Assembly: GCA_964449065.1 (NCBI GenBank)
Contig: CAYVAZ010000007.1
Location: forward strand, 1 to 37,629
Length of the DNA stretch: 37,629 bases
Origin: an uncultured bacterium
Lineage (GTDB): Bacteria > Hinthialibacterota > Hinthialibacteria > Hinthialibacterales > Hinthialibacteraceae
Direction: 5' to 3'
Program-made: the position numbers and the translations under genes
Notes under the pieces: generated by a model
What the model saw: only the letters and a program-made list of their open reading frames with translations
Database searches by the model: none
What the model was told of the DNA's origin: nothing
Shown: in pieces, positions 25,587 to 37,575 of the stretch
Layout of the letters: every line of letters begins with the position of its first letter
How positions within the stretch are numbered: position 1 is the stretch's first letter

Positions 25587-27451
25587 CGGCTGGCGATGGC
25601 CGGACTCTCTAAATATTCATTGATAATGGGCGCGACCAATGGAGACGCGACATCCCCACCGTGGCCGCTGTGTTCCACCAAAACGGTAATCGCAATCGTG
25701 GGATCTTCAAACGGGCCGTAACAGACAAACCACGCATGAGTATCCGGTCCGGAATTTTGCGCGGTTCCCGTTTTTCCAGCGGCCACAAAATCCTCCCGTT
25801 CGATCAACGGCAAAATCCGCCGTCCAGTGCCTAGGTTATTCACCACTTCCCACATGGCATGCTGCACATTTTCCCATGTTTCCGGAGAGGCTTCGATGGT
25901 TTTAGGCTCTCTACTTTCGTTCAGCGGGACTAGCGATTTCGCATCCGGATCAATCACATCCGGCGGTAAAATTTTCTTGGCCAGTCGGGGTGGATACAAT
26001 TTCCCACCATTGGCAATCGCGCAAACCGCGGTATGAATTTGGAGTGGGCTTACTACCAAGGATCCCTGTCCAATCCCCAGCATGATGAGTTCGGATAGGC
26101 GTTGCGATGAATGGAGATTTTGCATGGTTGGATATTTTCCAACATTTTCATACGGCAAATCAATTCCGGTTTTGTTTGAAAACCCAAATTCCGTCATCCA
26201 ATAATACAAACGCTCAAATCCTAAATCCTGCACGGTTTTATAAAAAAAGATATTGCAAGAACGCCGCACAGCATCCGTCAAATTGACGCTGCCGTGACCT
26301 GCACGTTTGTGGCAATGAATTTTTCCACTCGTCCCTCCATAGAGATACAATCCTCCACAACTTTCCGTATGAGTGGGCGGCATATTCAGTTCTTCCATCA
26401 AGGCCACAACTTCGAATATCTTCATGACCGATCCCGGTTCGTAAGTCCCCAAAACAGCACGATGGTACAATGGATCTCGCGGATCGCTTTCATAGCGGGA
26501 AAGATTTTGCGAATAGTTGTTGGGATTATAGCGGGGATTGGAAGCCATCGCCAAAATCGAATTGTCCCGTGGATCGGAAACAATAATCACCCCGCGCGAA
26601 GCCCCCAATGCTTCCTCGGCCACGAATTGCAAATCATAATCGATGTTCAACATGATGTTTGAGCCGGGTTCGGCCTTTTCCAGTATTGTGGCTTCGCCGC
26701 GTTGAATTTCAAACTTATCCACAAAAACTTGTTTAATGCCCTCTTTCCCGCGCAAATACGTTTCATACTGCTTTTCAATTCCTTCTTTTCCGATCAAATC
26801 GCCGGGTCTATAGTCAGAATATTCAGAAGATTGCAATTGATACGCGCTCACTTCCCCCGTGAAACCCAGCACATGCGCAGCCAAATCCTGTTTAGGATAA
26901 TTCCTCTTTTGCACTCGTTCAACAAACACGGGGGCTTCTGGCGGGAACTCTATATTTTGCCGCGCATAAATGGGAAACACTTTGGAATGATGAACCTCTT
27001 TTTCCAACCGCACTCTGGCATGTTTATAATAGGTATCCCGGGGCCGGTTCAGGTAGCGGTCAACCAACTTGGCTTTGTATTCTTCTACGGTCTGGGAATC
27101 CAGCTTCAGGTAGGTGGCTAAGATACTTAATGTTTGATCCATTTCCGGCGTAACGGCACGTTCTTTTTTTACGATTAAAATCGGAACCCAAATATCGTAA
27201 AATAATTCATCTTTGGCAAGTGTGATTCCATTGCGGTCTAATATTCTGCCCCGCATACTGGGGATGGGGATTTGCCGGACATAATTGATGGATGCCAATT
27301 TTTTGTAATCGCCGTGTGACAAAACCTGTATCGTCCAAAGCCGGAAGGAAAGCACGGCAAAGGCAAGCAGGGTTAAAAACAGCATCACCTGCATACGGCG
27401 GGAAGCCCGAGAGGTTTTGGGGATTAAAGATTTTTTTAGGCGCTGATTCAT
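25583..27451 (-). CDS. mrdA: Penicillin-binding protein 2
   Basis: RGRILDRNG; SxxK (GSVMK), SxN (SCN) and KTGTAQ; part of the mre operon. Confidence 0.95.
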   Translation of the reverse strand: MNQRLKKSLIPKTSRASRRMQVMLFLTLLAFAVLSFRLWTIQVLSHGDYKKLASINYVRQIPIPSMRGRILDRNGITLAKDELFYDIWVPILIVKKERAVTPEMDQTLSILATYLKLDSQTVEEYKAKLVDRYLNRPRDTYYKHARVRLEKEVHHSKVFPIYARQNIEFPPEAPVFVERVQKRNYPKQDLAAHVLGFTGEVSAYQLQSSEYSDYRPGDLIGKEGIEKQYETYLRGKEGIKQVFVDKFEIQRGEATILEKAEPGSNIMLNIDYDLQFVAEEALGASRGVIIVSDPRDNSILAMASNPRYNPNNYSQNLSRYESDPRDPLYHRAVLGTYEPGSVMKIFEVVALMEELNMPPTHTESCGGLYLYGGTSGKIHCHKRAGHGSVNLTDAVRRSCNIFFYKTVQDLGFERLYYWMTEFGFSNKTGIDLPYENVGKYPTMQNLHSSQRLSELIMLGIGQGSLVVSPLQIHTAVCAIANGGKLYPPRLAKKILPPDVIDPDAKSLVPLNESREPKTIEASPETWENVQHAMWEVVNNLGTGRRILPLIEREDFVAAGKTGTAQNSGPDTHAWFVCYGPFEDPTIAITVLVEHSGHGGDVASPLVAPIINEYLESPAIASR

Positions 27452-27960
27452 ATCGCTACGTCTCTGCCAAATACCGGAACATCACTACCCGTTCGCTGTG
27501 GAGCCGTTCGCGCCACCCAAGGAATCAACATAAACACGATACCGGTTACCACCGCTCCCGCCGCGATATATTGTTGCGAAATCGCCGCGGGCATTCCAAA
27601 ATCAAAAGCGGATAACCAGAAAATCACTTCCAAAAAGCGGACCGCGCCGGAAAAAAGCACTCCCAATATTAAACGGGATATCGCGTATTGCCCCCAAATT
27701 AATGCACGCAACTTTGCCGCGCACATCGAGGCTATAAGATAGAGTATAGCATGCATTCCCAGCAAATCTAAAAATAAAATATCCCAAATCAACCCGCTTA
27801 TAAACGCCATAAAATAGGCTTCGCCAACCGGGCGGGTCATGGTAATATAGACAATGGTGATGAGCAGCAAATCCGGGGCCCATTCACCGGGCATAAGAAA
27901 AACACGTATACTAATATCGATAAAAAAGGCAAGTATAAGGCGAACCCAAGCATTCATCAC
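27448..27960 (-). CDS. mreD: Rod shape-determining protein MreD
   Basis: Membrane protein with 'PDLLLI..VY' and 'GLIWDIL..LGMHA', between mreC and mrdA. Confidence 0.88.
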   Translation of the reverse strand: MMNAWVRLILAFFIDISIRVFLMPGEWAPDLLLITIVYITMTRPVGEAYFMAFISGLIWDILFLDLLGMHAILYLIASMCAAKLRALIWGQYAISRLILGVLFSGAVRFLEVIFWLSAFDFGMPAAISQQYIAAGAVVTGIVFMLIPWVARTAPQRTGSDVPVFGRDVAI

Positions 27961-27994
27961 CGGTTCCTATTGCGGACAACATTCACGTTTGGAT

Positions 27995-28879
27995 TTATTC
28001 TGCATCCACCAACAACGAAAGCATTTCGTCATGCAACGCATTGGTCTTTAAAACGATAACCGAGTTCACGGATTGGATATCCGCGGCCGGCCGGCAAACC
28101 ATTCCCTCTTCACCGGTCACGCTTGTGATAATTCCCGCTTTCAACTCGCGGGGGAAAACCTTTCCGTTGCCGGAGGTAAACAACACATCGCCGGGTTTTG
28201 GAAGAATGGTTTCATCGCCGGTGCCGAAAAAATGCTGATCGGTTAAGAGCATTCTACGATCGTCACTGGTGCCACGTAAAATGTATTCGTAGTTCGTTCC
28301 CTTAACGTAGACGGGAACCGCACTGCCCGGCGCGTTTATAGGCTGTACTTTGGCAAAATGTTTCGAGATATCAAATATACGCCCGACTAGCCCATCCGGG
28401 CAGTAAACCGGACGGTTTTTGGTAAGACCATCGTCAGTACCACGGTTGATAATCAACGATTCGGTTAATCGTGAATCCCGTAATTTAACGATCGCAATGA
28501 TCCCGGGAAATTCAGGATTGTGAGGAAACCGCATGGCATCCAAATACGAATTATGCTCTTTTAATTGCTGCGTTAATTTAATATTTTCTAATTTCGTCTC
28601 TTCTAATTCTTTATGCAATTCATTGATCAGTTCACGGTTTGTAAAATACGAGGTGAAATGAGCAATGGTGTCAACAATTGATGTACGGGTTTGCTGCATG
28701 AATGACACCGGCTGGACAATGATCTTCGAAAAGACAGAAGTAGACGAACTTTGCCGGTAGGCGTGATCCAGCATAATCACAAGCGAAAGAAGCAATAAAA
28801 CAGTTCCAACCGTACGTGGATGGATGAAATTATTTCTTGGTTTTCTCGTGTTTAAGTGTTTTTTTGTAGTTACTTTCAT
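27995..28879 (-). CDS. mreC: Rod shape-determining protein MreC
   Basis: TM helix and coiled coil, then 'IINRGTDDG...PV..PDGLVGRI' and 'GDVLFTSG.G.VFP'. Confidence 0.92.
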   Translation of the reverse strand: MKVTTKKHLNTRKPRNNFIHPRTVGTVLLLLSLVIMLDHAYRQSSSTSVFSKIIVQPVSFMQQTRTSIVDTIAHFTSYFTNRELINELHKELEETKLENIKLTQQLKEHNSYLDAMRFPHNPEFPGIIAIVKLRDSRLTESLIINRGTDDGLTKNRPVYCPDGLVGRIFDISKHFAKVQPINAPGSAVPVYVKGTNYEYILRGTSDDRRMLLTDQHFFGTGDETILPKPGDVLFTSGNGKVFPRELKAGIITSVTGEEGMVCRPAADIQSVNSVIVLKTNALHDEMLSLLVDAE

Positions 28880-29021
28880 ATGTGCTTTTAACTTCTTCTA
28901 TGATTTCCCTGAAGTCAACCCCTTCATTAAAGCACATTACAATGAAAAAACAAACCATCTTCTAACTTATGGAACCATAGACGGTATTTTGCAATAAATC
29001 AAGACGAAAAGTAAAATAATT

Positions 29022-30161
<1,140 letters not shown>

Positions 30162-30401
30162 CTATACTTGACGCGCATGCTGTTACAGCCGACTACATAT
30201 AATAACGATCTTCGGCTGCCGGCAGCAACGGATAGCGGCATCATGAGTGAACAAATTTCCACTGATGAATAGATGATATCTGGATTTTCAAAAGCGCATA
30301 GCCAGAAAGTAAACTAGAAAGTAAAAGTGTTGTTTAAAATTTGACGCGCCTAAATGAGATAAACTTTTTTTGGCTTTGAACCAGTACGGCCACAGTAACC
30401 T

Positions 30402-31379
30402 CTATTTAATACTTATTATATTCAATGCCTCAATATTCGCGGAATCGTGCAGGCGCTTGATCTCTACATCGCTTAAAGCGCGGTTGAAGACGGCTAGTCC
30501 GCCGAAACGCCCTTTGGCGGCTTCGCGGAACATCGATCCCACCGCATACCTGGCCGCGACGGTAAAGTCCGATCCGCCCATCGGTTTGCTCTCAGCGTGT
30601 TTTTCTTTGTCATAGCAAAAAATACCCTTGCCATGGTAGTAGGGGTTCATCCCACGGCTGCCGCCGCCGGGGCCTTCTTGGGTGAAGTAAGGATCATTGC
30701 GTTTATCTTTCTCCGGCTCAAGTTCGCGCGGTTCATAAGTCCCGTTGATGTAAGCGGTGATAAACTCGCCGTCATAGGTAAACGCCAGCGTGCACCATTC
30801 TTCTTCCGGTACTTCACGTTTGGTGGCGGCATAATCGCAGTTCCACGGAAACTTTGTCCCGTCCGCGCGCATCGTCACTCCGCCCCGCGCGGATATATGC
30901 GGCGTTAGTTGCCGCGTGCCGCCGTATGTGGGCATGTGCATCAGCATGGCGTATTGCCGGGTGCCGGTATCGTCATGCTTTCCCTTGCCTTCGCTCCACA
31001 TGCCCGCAATGGTGCGGCTATGATTGAGATCAATTATCCTCACCACGGCAAACATACTCACCTGCGCTTCCGGCCCGCAAATATTTAAGTCTCCCGTTTC
31101 TTTGTATGGAATCTTGAAATATTGTTTGCCATTAAATTCCGCGGAATAGCCGGAATACGGCCCGCCCTGCACACGCTGAATCGGCCCTTCGACTTCGGTC
31201 AATGCGTGCTTTTGTGCGGTGCCTTTGGATAGACGCTTCTCTCCCGCGTTCTCAGCGAAATCCCAAAACGCTACCAGCCCTGGTGTTTCCATTACGACAG
31301 AGGGATCGCCGGTGGGTTGTTCTGCATAGGTAAATTTGATGCAAAATGTGAATAGAATGAGATATTGATGTAACTTCAT
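30402..31379 (-). CDS. Secreted LamG/concanavalin-A-like jellyroll protein
   Basis: Signal peptide; 'GLVAFWDF', '[16 protein letters not shown]' and '[17 protein letters not shown]'. Confidence 0.8.
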   Translation of the reverse strand: MKLHQYLILFTFCIKFTYAEQPTGDPSVVMETPGLVAFWDFAENAGEKRLSKGTAQKHALTEVEGPIQRVQGGPYSGYSAEFNGKQYFKIPYKETGDLNICGPEAQVSMFAVVRIIDLNHSRTIAGMWSEGKGKHDDTGTRQYAMLMHMPTYGGTRQLTPHISARGGVTMRADGTKFPWNCDYAATKREVPEEEWCTLAFTYDGEFITAYINGTYEPRELEPEKDKRNDPYFTQEGPGGGSRGMNPYYHGKGIFCYDKEKHAESKPMGGSDFTVAARYAVGSMFREAAKGRFGGLAVFNRALSDVEIKRLHDSANIEALNIISIK

Positions 31380-31553
31380 AACTCTCCCCTATTATCCCAT
31401 TTGGTTTAGACATGTAACGATTGTCAAAAAAAACGTTCTGATTACAAATCATTTAATCACGCGCCAGCTGGAAGCTGAAGTTCCCCAAAACGCACATACT
31501 TTTGATCACTATTCTAATAGTCTGACAAGCGAAACGTGTCGGGTAAGTGAGAA

Positions 31554-31587
31554 TTCTGCGGCTCGGCGGGAGCCTCGCCCTTCCAAT
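31554..31587. repeat. REP-like palindromic repeat (GGCTCGGCGGGAGCCTCGCCCT family)
   Basis: Near-identical to 1985-2016. Confidence 0.7.
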
Positions 31588-31711
31588 CTAACCCGGCATT
31601 ACGACCCGGTCAAACTATTCGATGATACAAAAAAGAGGTGAATAATGAAACCATTAGTAACCACTTTTGATTCAAGTTAAATAGGCCATCATGGAGCCTA
31701 TCCAGCATGGG

Positions 31712-33127
31712 TTAACTTTTCTTCGAGCCGAACGCGTAAATTTTGCCGACATCCGTGCTGGCGAATAGGCGTCCATGCGCGCTGCTGAAGCCGTAGACTT
31801 TGCCTTCAACCGTGAATTTATCCAGGGTGTTTCCCGTCTGGATATCCAAGACCGCCACTTCGCCATCCCCGCCGGACACCAGTTTATCTCCCGCGGCAAT
31901 CAATGCGTGCGAGTGATCCGAATCCACCCGCCACAAGATGCTGTCCAACTGCTTGCCGGCAACGGCTTGCAGTTTGTCTTTCAAGTCTTCTAAATCCTTG
32001 ATGGCTTGTGCTTTTTCTTCACTCACGTTGGTATCGCCCATTTTTTTGATGGCGTCTTGAATCGCGTCGCGCTGCTTTTCGAGCTGTATGCGCTCGGCTT
32101 CAACTTCGTTAAACTTGTTGCGGTCAAAGGCGTGAATCTGCTGGCCGGTATGAATGTACGCGATTTCATCCTTTACCACCATGCTGGTCGCGTTGGGGAA
32201 ATATGCCAGCCGGTCGCGGGTTTCCGCGTTGTAACTATGCAGTGCATAACCACCTTTTTTCTTTTGCCCGCCGCCAAAGACCAATGATGAATCCGGCGTT
32301 AACAGCGCAAACACGCCGCCCTGCCCGCTGTCGCCAAAGCCGCCTGCCACTTCACCGGTGCCGCGTTCCATCACTACCGGATGCTGACGCCCCTGCGGGA
32401 AATACATCTTGGTGGGAGATGCGAGGATAGCACCTTGAAACGTCATTCGCTGATACGTGTGTTGAAATGTTCCCTCCAAACCGATTTTCCCGGTCTTGGC
32501 ATCCACCGCGCAAAGGTAGGATGGGTCCCAGGGAAGCAGAGAGGCCGCGAAATAGGCGATTCCGTCCTGCACCATCACACCGGTGCGGCAGGGTGAGGGT
32601 GAGATCAGTTTGCCGTTGCTGGGGATCACGCGGTTGCTGGGGGATGGCTTGTGCTTCCAAATCAGTTTCTGTGTTTTGGCATCGATACAATAGGCATAGC
32701 CATCATCCGAACCGAAGTAAAGTTTGCCGTCATCATACGTCGGGGGCATGCGCACCGGGCTGTTGGTGAAGTAGTTCCATTCATGCTTGCCGGTTTGCGC
32801 GTTGACGCAATGCACCGAGTCATCGACGTTGGAGCCCCAATACACATAATCGCCTACCGCGATGGTGTAAAAGACCGGATCGAAGTTGCGCATGGATTTG
32901 AGGTCTTGGATATTGGCATACGAATCCCACTTGGCAGTATCCGTCCAGGCCGCTTGCGGGGGAGCCGGGGATTGATATACCCAAAGCGGCTCTAACGGGG
33001 TGTTGAGTTGTGCCGTAGTCGTGCCGCTGCGGCGGTTGTCGTGCTGATAGGTCACCCATTCATCCTGCGCGAAAGTGAATGAAGCGAGAAAGCATAGAGA
33101 TAGTGTGATGGAAAGCGTACGAATCAT
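31712..33127 (-). CDS. Secreted PQQ-like beta-propeller protein with coiled-coil insertion
   Basis: Signal peptide; 'WVTYQHDNRRSG'; repeats 'VHCVNAQTGK..W', 'YFGSDDGYAYCIDA' and 'CAVDAKTG'. Confidence 0.85.
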   Translation of the reverse strand: MIRTLSITLSLCFLASFTFAQDEWVTYQHDNRRSGTTTAQLNTPLEPLWVYQSPAPPQAAWTDTAKWDSYANIQDLKSMRNFDPVFYTIAVGDYVYWGSNVDDSVHCVNAQTGKHEWNYFTNSPVRMPPTYDDGKLYFGSDDGYAYCIDAKTQKLIWKHKPSPSNRVIPSNGKLISPSPCRTGVMVQDGIAYFAASLLPWDPSYLCAVDAKTGKIGLEGTFQHTYQRMTFQGAILASPTKMYFPQGRQHPVVMERGTGEVAGGFGDSGQGGVFALLTPDSSLVFGGGQKKKGGYALHSYNAETRDRLAYFPNATSMVVKDEIAYIHTGQQIHAFDRNKFNEVEAERIQLEKQRDAIQDAIKKMGDTNVSEEKAQAIKDLEDLKDKLQAVAGKQLDSILWRVDSDHSHALIAAGDKLVSGGDGEVAVLDIQTGNTLDKFTVEGKVYGFSSAHGRLFASTDVGKIYAFGSKKS

Positions 33128-33161
33128 GGTATCATGTCCTTATTGTCGTTGGTAATCCCGT

Positions 33162-35330
33162 TTAGTTCGCAATCGGCATAAAGCCCAGTGATGTTTCAAT
33201 CCAGTTGCCGCAACTGCATCCCCCGCCGCCTTCCGGGGCAAGGACCATCCCGCCCGCCGGAACAACGCTCAGCCAACAGCTGGGGCGCAGATTCACCCAA
33301 TTGCTGACCTCTTCGGTGTTGCGGTCCCACATAGAGATGTTTCTTCCCTGTCCGCGGTAAATCAGCGCGTTAGCCACCGCGGCATACGTGGCACAGCCTT
33401 CCCGAAGCCCCACGTTTTCGGTAATGCGTTCCCCCGTATTGATGTCATACCCGCACGGCTCTACATACATCGCCCCGCTGACTATTAACGGGTGCTGCAT
33501 GTGACCGCTGTGGTCCCCGTCCGTCCATTTGTGCGTGTTTTCCCAAATCCGATTACCGGATTGCGGATCAAACGCGTAGAAATGATACGAGCCATCGGCA
33601 GACGAAGAAACCAGTAGTTTGCCTTCGCCATGAATCATAAAAAATACCGCCTTGCCATCAACCGTGTCGATGGGCTGTTCCCACACTTTCTTCCCGGTTT
33701 TGGCATCGAGTTTTACAAGGTACTGATCGGTCCACAGCAAATCATCGCCAATCCGCATCACGGATTGTTTTCGGATTTCCGGATTGCGTGATTCCACAAA
33801 ATACACATGGCCATCGGCAATCGTGATGGTGCTGTGGATAACGGCTCCGCCTTCATACTGCCATACGGTTTCGCCATTGTTGTGATCCAACGCAAATAAA
33901 TACTCGCCGCAGACTTTTTCGGCACCGCTGCCTTGCTGCTGGTCATACCAAGTTTCATGGCCGAAGAATTCGGTATAGATCGTACCTTTTTTTACACCGC
34001 TGCCATACAGCAATTCATCCACGTTGGCGATGAACCCCCAATCAAATTCGTCTTTCGGGATAAAATCAGGCAGTTCAAACAATGTCTGGACCGTGCCGTC
34101 TTCGGCAGCGATTTTCCACGCTTGCTCTTTAATCGCGGTAAAGATGTACTCATCATTCGCGCACCAATTGCTGCAATCATGCGGCAGGTTCACCCGGCGC
34201 AGGTGCGGGATTTCCAGCGACCACAAGATTTGACCGTTGTAAAAATCAAGAGCCACCATCCGGTTCATGCCTTGGTGAAAGATACGCCCATTAACCGCCA
34301 GCGGGGCCGGCATACGCGGGTTGCGGTCGATGCCAAAGTTGGCGCCGGGTTTGCCCACCCACTGTACGGAAAGATCGGTGGTTTTGGATGCTCCAGAAAG
34401 CTGCTCCCCCCCATTGGCGTTGTTTGCCGGGTTGGCGTATTGATGAGTCCATTCACCTGAACCGGGAAGTTTCTTTTTTACGACACGGGTAAACTCCTGC
34501 CCGCTTAGTTCCACCGGTTCCGTATCATACAAATTGGTGGAATCGATATATGTTTGCAGTTCGTTCGAGATGGGCTGAAAATACGCGGTCCCACCGGATG
34601 GGCGAAGAATATCCAACACGGCTTTCAATTCATCCAAATTCAATTCATCCGGGGCAAGTATGAGGTTGGCGAAATTGGGGGTCACAGGCAATTGGGTTAA
34701 ATCATCCACCAAACGGACATTGACGCGGGTGCCGTACGCGCCGGCCTCTTGCAGCATTTCGCGCGCTTTTTGCACGGGTTTCATTTCCGTGTCAATCATA
34801 ATGACGGAGAGGTCGCTTTGTTTGGCAAGATCATACGCGAAGGGATAATATTGGCTGCCGATAATCGCCGCGTACCCTTTAAAGATATCCGCGTCAAATA
34901 AGATGTCTTCGGCAGGTGAGGTATCAGATTCTTCAATCCCCACGCCGGGAAGTTCACCGGGGATATCCGGCAGGGAGTAATTCATCTTTTGTTCGAGTAC
35001 AAATTCTTCCGTGGTTAAGCTGTCTTCGCCGTCGTTTATCTCTATCTGATAGGTATAGACCTCATACGGTTTCAGATTTTTCAACACCACTTGATGCCAT
35101 GTTTTGGAAGGCGATTGCAATACCGTGGTTTGCATTCCGTCATCGCTTTTTAATGTGACTGTTCCGGCACATGACTCTTCGGTTTGCCATACCAATACAG
35201 CGCTCTTCTGCGATAAAAACTGAACATACGGCCCCATTTTGATTTCCGCCGCTTGAACCAAATGGGCAAAAAACAGTATAACGAATGTTAGCATTGATGC
35301 AGGTTTGAATTTCCTAGGATTAAATTTCAT
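33162..35330 (-). CDS. Secreted multidomain protein: FN3/purple-acid-phosphatase N-terminal-like domain, methyltransferase-like domain, PQQ-like beta-propeller
   Basis: 'GPYVQ...VWQT...HQVVLKNLKP...YTYQI'; 'KGYAAIIG...DLAKQSDL...P.NFANLI...LRPSGG'; 'GEWTHQYANPAN'; propeller repeats; C-terminal GCAT..RPSCW..GGGCSC. Confidence 0.78.
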   Translation of the reverse strand: MKFNPRKFKPASMLTFVILFFAHLVQAAEIKMGPYVQFLSQKSAVLVWQTEESCAGTVTLKSDDGMQTTVLQSPSKTWHQVVLKNLKPYEVYTYQIEINDGEDSLTTEEFVLEQKMNYSLPDIPGELPGVGIEESDTSPAEDILFDADIFKGYAAIIGSQYYPFAYDLAKQSDLSVIMIDTEMKPVQKAREMLQEAGAYGTRVNVRLVDDLTQLPVTPNFANLILAPDELNLDELKAVLDILRPSGGTAYFQPISNELQTYIDSTNLYDTEPVELSGQEFTRVVKKKLPGSGEWTHQYANPANNANGGEQLSGASKTTDLSVQWVGKPGANFGIDRNPRMPAPLAVNGRIFHQGMNRMVALDFYNGQILWSLEIPHLRRVNLPHDCSNWCANDEYIFTAIKEQAWKIAAEDGTVQTLFELPDFIPKDEFDWGFIANVDELLYGSGVKKGTIYTEFFGHETWYDQQQGSGAEKVCGEYLFALDHNNGETVWQYEGGAVIHSTITIADGHVYFVESRNPEIRKQSVMRIGDDLLWTDQYLVKLDAKTGKKVWEQPIDTVDGKAVFFMIHGEGKLLVSSSADGSYHFYAFDPQSGNRIWENTHKWTDGDHSGHMQHPLIVSGAMYVEPCGYDINTGERITENVGLREGCATYAAVANALIYRGQGRNISMWDRNTEEVSNWVNLRPSCWLSVVPAGGMVLAPEGGGGCSCGNWIETSLGFMPIAN

Positions 35331-35628
35331 ATCGCCCTCAATTCTAATTCCTCTATTATGAGATTTCAGGATATTATAGGTAAAATTCAGGTAGAAGAGG
35401 AAGGAGAAACCTCTGTTATTTTGTTAGAAGTTTGTTTGAACGGTTGTACGCATGCCAATATTGTATCTTGGAAGTTGAGATATAATCTTTTTGCATTGCT
35501 AAGCGCGTTCAATACAATGAAGATCAATACAGAAAATAAAGTGATCATGCTTTCAATAAAATCCTGCGGATAAAAATCCTTGAAATCGGATAATTAGCCG
35601 TATATCACACCTGGAACTATAAAAAACC

Positions 35629-37473
35629 ATGAATGACAGATTCTCCCGAATAAACGCATCTGTACGTAACATTCTCATTCTTATTCTATTTCCATCTGTC
35701 TTGCCTGCGTGGAGCGGAGGCCCTTTGATTATTCAAAACGATGGAACCCCAACTTTATGGGATGTGGAGGGAGGCAATAACCTGCCAATACGCTTCTCCC
35801 TTGATGAAGGCCGGTTGGGAACATTTTCCAATTCCACCGCCAAACGGTTGGTTCGTGACGCGTTTGAAATTTGGGAGGATGTGAACGATGCAATCCTGAT
35901 CTTCGAAGAAGACCCTTCGCAGATCAATGAAGATATTACCGCGGATAATTTCAATGAAATCACCAACCGCATTACCACCACGACCGATAACATCGTCGTG
36001 GTGTTTGACGATACCGGGGAAATTATCGACGACCTGTTCGGCAGCGGATCGCGCAACAATGTGTTGGGGCTGTCTTCTCCATTGGTGTTTTTTGTAGGCG
36101 GCAATGAAGTTATCGCTGCCGCGATCTTTATACTCAATGGACATTTTATTGAGGAGAACAACTTTCAGTCCCGCGAATTCTTTCCAACCGTTGTTCATGA
36201 ATTGGGACATGCATTGGGACTGGATCACGCGCAAATTTTAAACCACTTATCCAACAACGGTGTGGGGAATGACGATATGTATTTACCGATCATGCATCCG
36301 TTGTCTTCTGATGATGAAAGCCAACGTGACCAGCTCACATTTGATGATGCTGTTTCGCTGGCCAACTTGTATCCAACAACCTCTCATCGGGTGAATACCG
36401 GCCAAATCGCCGGGACCGTATTTCGCGGCAATACCGATGTTCCCGGTGTCAATGTCATCGTGCGTGACCCGGAAGATCCGCTGGAAAGAATTACGTCTAC
36501 AGTATCGGGATTGTTCGCTCCCTTTACCGGTGAGTACATTGTAAACGGTCTTCCGCGCGGAGACTATGAAGTCAAGATTGAACCCATTGATCCCAACTTC
36601 ACCGGCGGCTCCAGTGTCGGTCCTTTTAGCGAAGACCTGAACGGCGCTTCTTTTATTCGGCCGGTTCGCAGTGAATACTACAACGAAAACGATGCCATCG
36701 ATGAAGGCCGCAGCAAACGAAGTCTGGTCGAAGTTGACCGCGGAAATACGACGGGAGGAATCGACATTCATGTGGAACCGGACCGGGTTACTCTTGATGA
36801 ACGAAACTCTATTTTTTTGCCGATCGGCTCAACGGAAGTTGGAGGAACAGTATTTGAAGAAACCCTGTTGCTGCATCCCAATGGGGATGAAGGACGTGTT
36901 GAAGTCGCGATTGACTTTCAACGCTCTTCAAACAACCGCGTCCTCGTCCATCGTGGTGCTATTAACGCTCCGGTTTTGCATGAAGAAACCAACAACAATG
37001 ATAAAACGATCGTGTTTTCTCCAAGTGGTGATGTACCTTTGGAACGTGACGAATACTTTATCCAAATCATCAATTTATCCTCATCTGAATTGGAATTTAC
37101 CGTCGAAACCACCATTGAAGACGAACCCACCCCCACACCAACCCACACGTTCACCAATACGCCAACTCCAACCCGAACATTTACCCCAACGGATACGCCC
37201 ACAAACACCGCTACGCCGACGCGTACAAATACGCCGTCCGATACCCCCAGTCCGACAGAAACCTTTACTCCAATGCCAACCCCAACATTTACACCCACCC
37301 CTACTTTTACAGCAACGCCGACATTCATCCCTTTGGATTTGTTTGAGGACGATGCCCTATCTTCTAAAGATGTATTGCGTTTCGCCGTACTTTGGGAAGA
37401 AACCGCGAACGCAGCCAATGTAGAAACCGTAAGGCTTCAACTGTTGCGGTGGGTGGGAAGTTTTTCTCAATAA
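35629..37473 (+). CDS. Secreted matrixin-like (metzincin) zinc metalloprotease with carboxypeptidase-regulatory-like domain and Pro/Thr linker
   Basis: Signal peptide; [11 protein letters not shown] zinc motif; Met-turn IMHP; '[19 protein letters not shown]'; (PT)n linker; short C-terminal module. Confidence 0.85.
   Translation: MNDRFSRINASVRNILILILFPSVLPAWSGGPLIIQNDGTPTLWDVEGGNNLPIRFSLDEGRLGTFSNSTAKRLVRDAFEIWEDVNDAILIFEEDPSQINEDITADNFNEITNRITTTTDNIVVVFDDTGEIIDDLFGSGSRNNVLGLSSPLVFFVGGNEVIAAAIFILNGHFIEENNFQSREFFPTVVHELGHALGLDHAQILNHLSNNGVGNDDMYLPIMHPLSSDDESQRDQLTFDDAVSLANLYPTTSHRVNTGQIAGTVFRGNTDVPGVNVIVRDPEDPLERITSTVSGLFAPFTGEYIVNGLPRGDYEVKIEPIDPNFTGGSSVGPFSEDLNGASFIRPVRSEYYNENDAIDEGRSKRSLVEVDRGNTTGGIDIHVEPDRVTLDERNSIFLPIGSTEVGGTVFEETLLLHPNGDEGRVEVAIDFQRSSNNRVLVHRGAINAPVLHEETNNNDKTIVFSPSGDVPLERDEYFIQIINLSSSELEFTVETTIEDEPTPTPTHTFTNTPTPTRTFTPTDTPTNTATPTRTNTPSDTPSPTETFTPMPTPTFTPTPTFTATPTFIPLDLFEDDALSSKDVLRFAVLWEETANAANVETVRLQLLRWVGSFSQ
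37125..37330 (+). repeat. Low-complexity Pro/Thr coding linker
   Basis: [22 protein letters not shown]...; codons vary, so the repeat is at protein level. Confidence 0.85.
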
Positions 37474-37575
37474 GCCAAACCCTGTCAACAAGATACAGCA
37501 GGAAATTGATCCGATAGATATTGCCCCCATTCAGTTTCAATTGCATTTGTGTAATATAATCTTAACAAACAACGA

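Noticed and set aside
31712..33127. Calling the propeller protein bamB
   Set aside because: It has no lipobox and no bam/der context, and it carries a coiled-coil insertion.
36671..37423. Alternative-frame 250-aa ORF and antisense Val/Gly-rich 166-aa ORF
   Set aside because: By-products of the stop-poor Pro/Thr linker of the protease gene.
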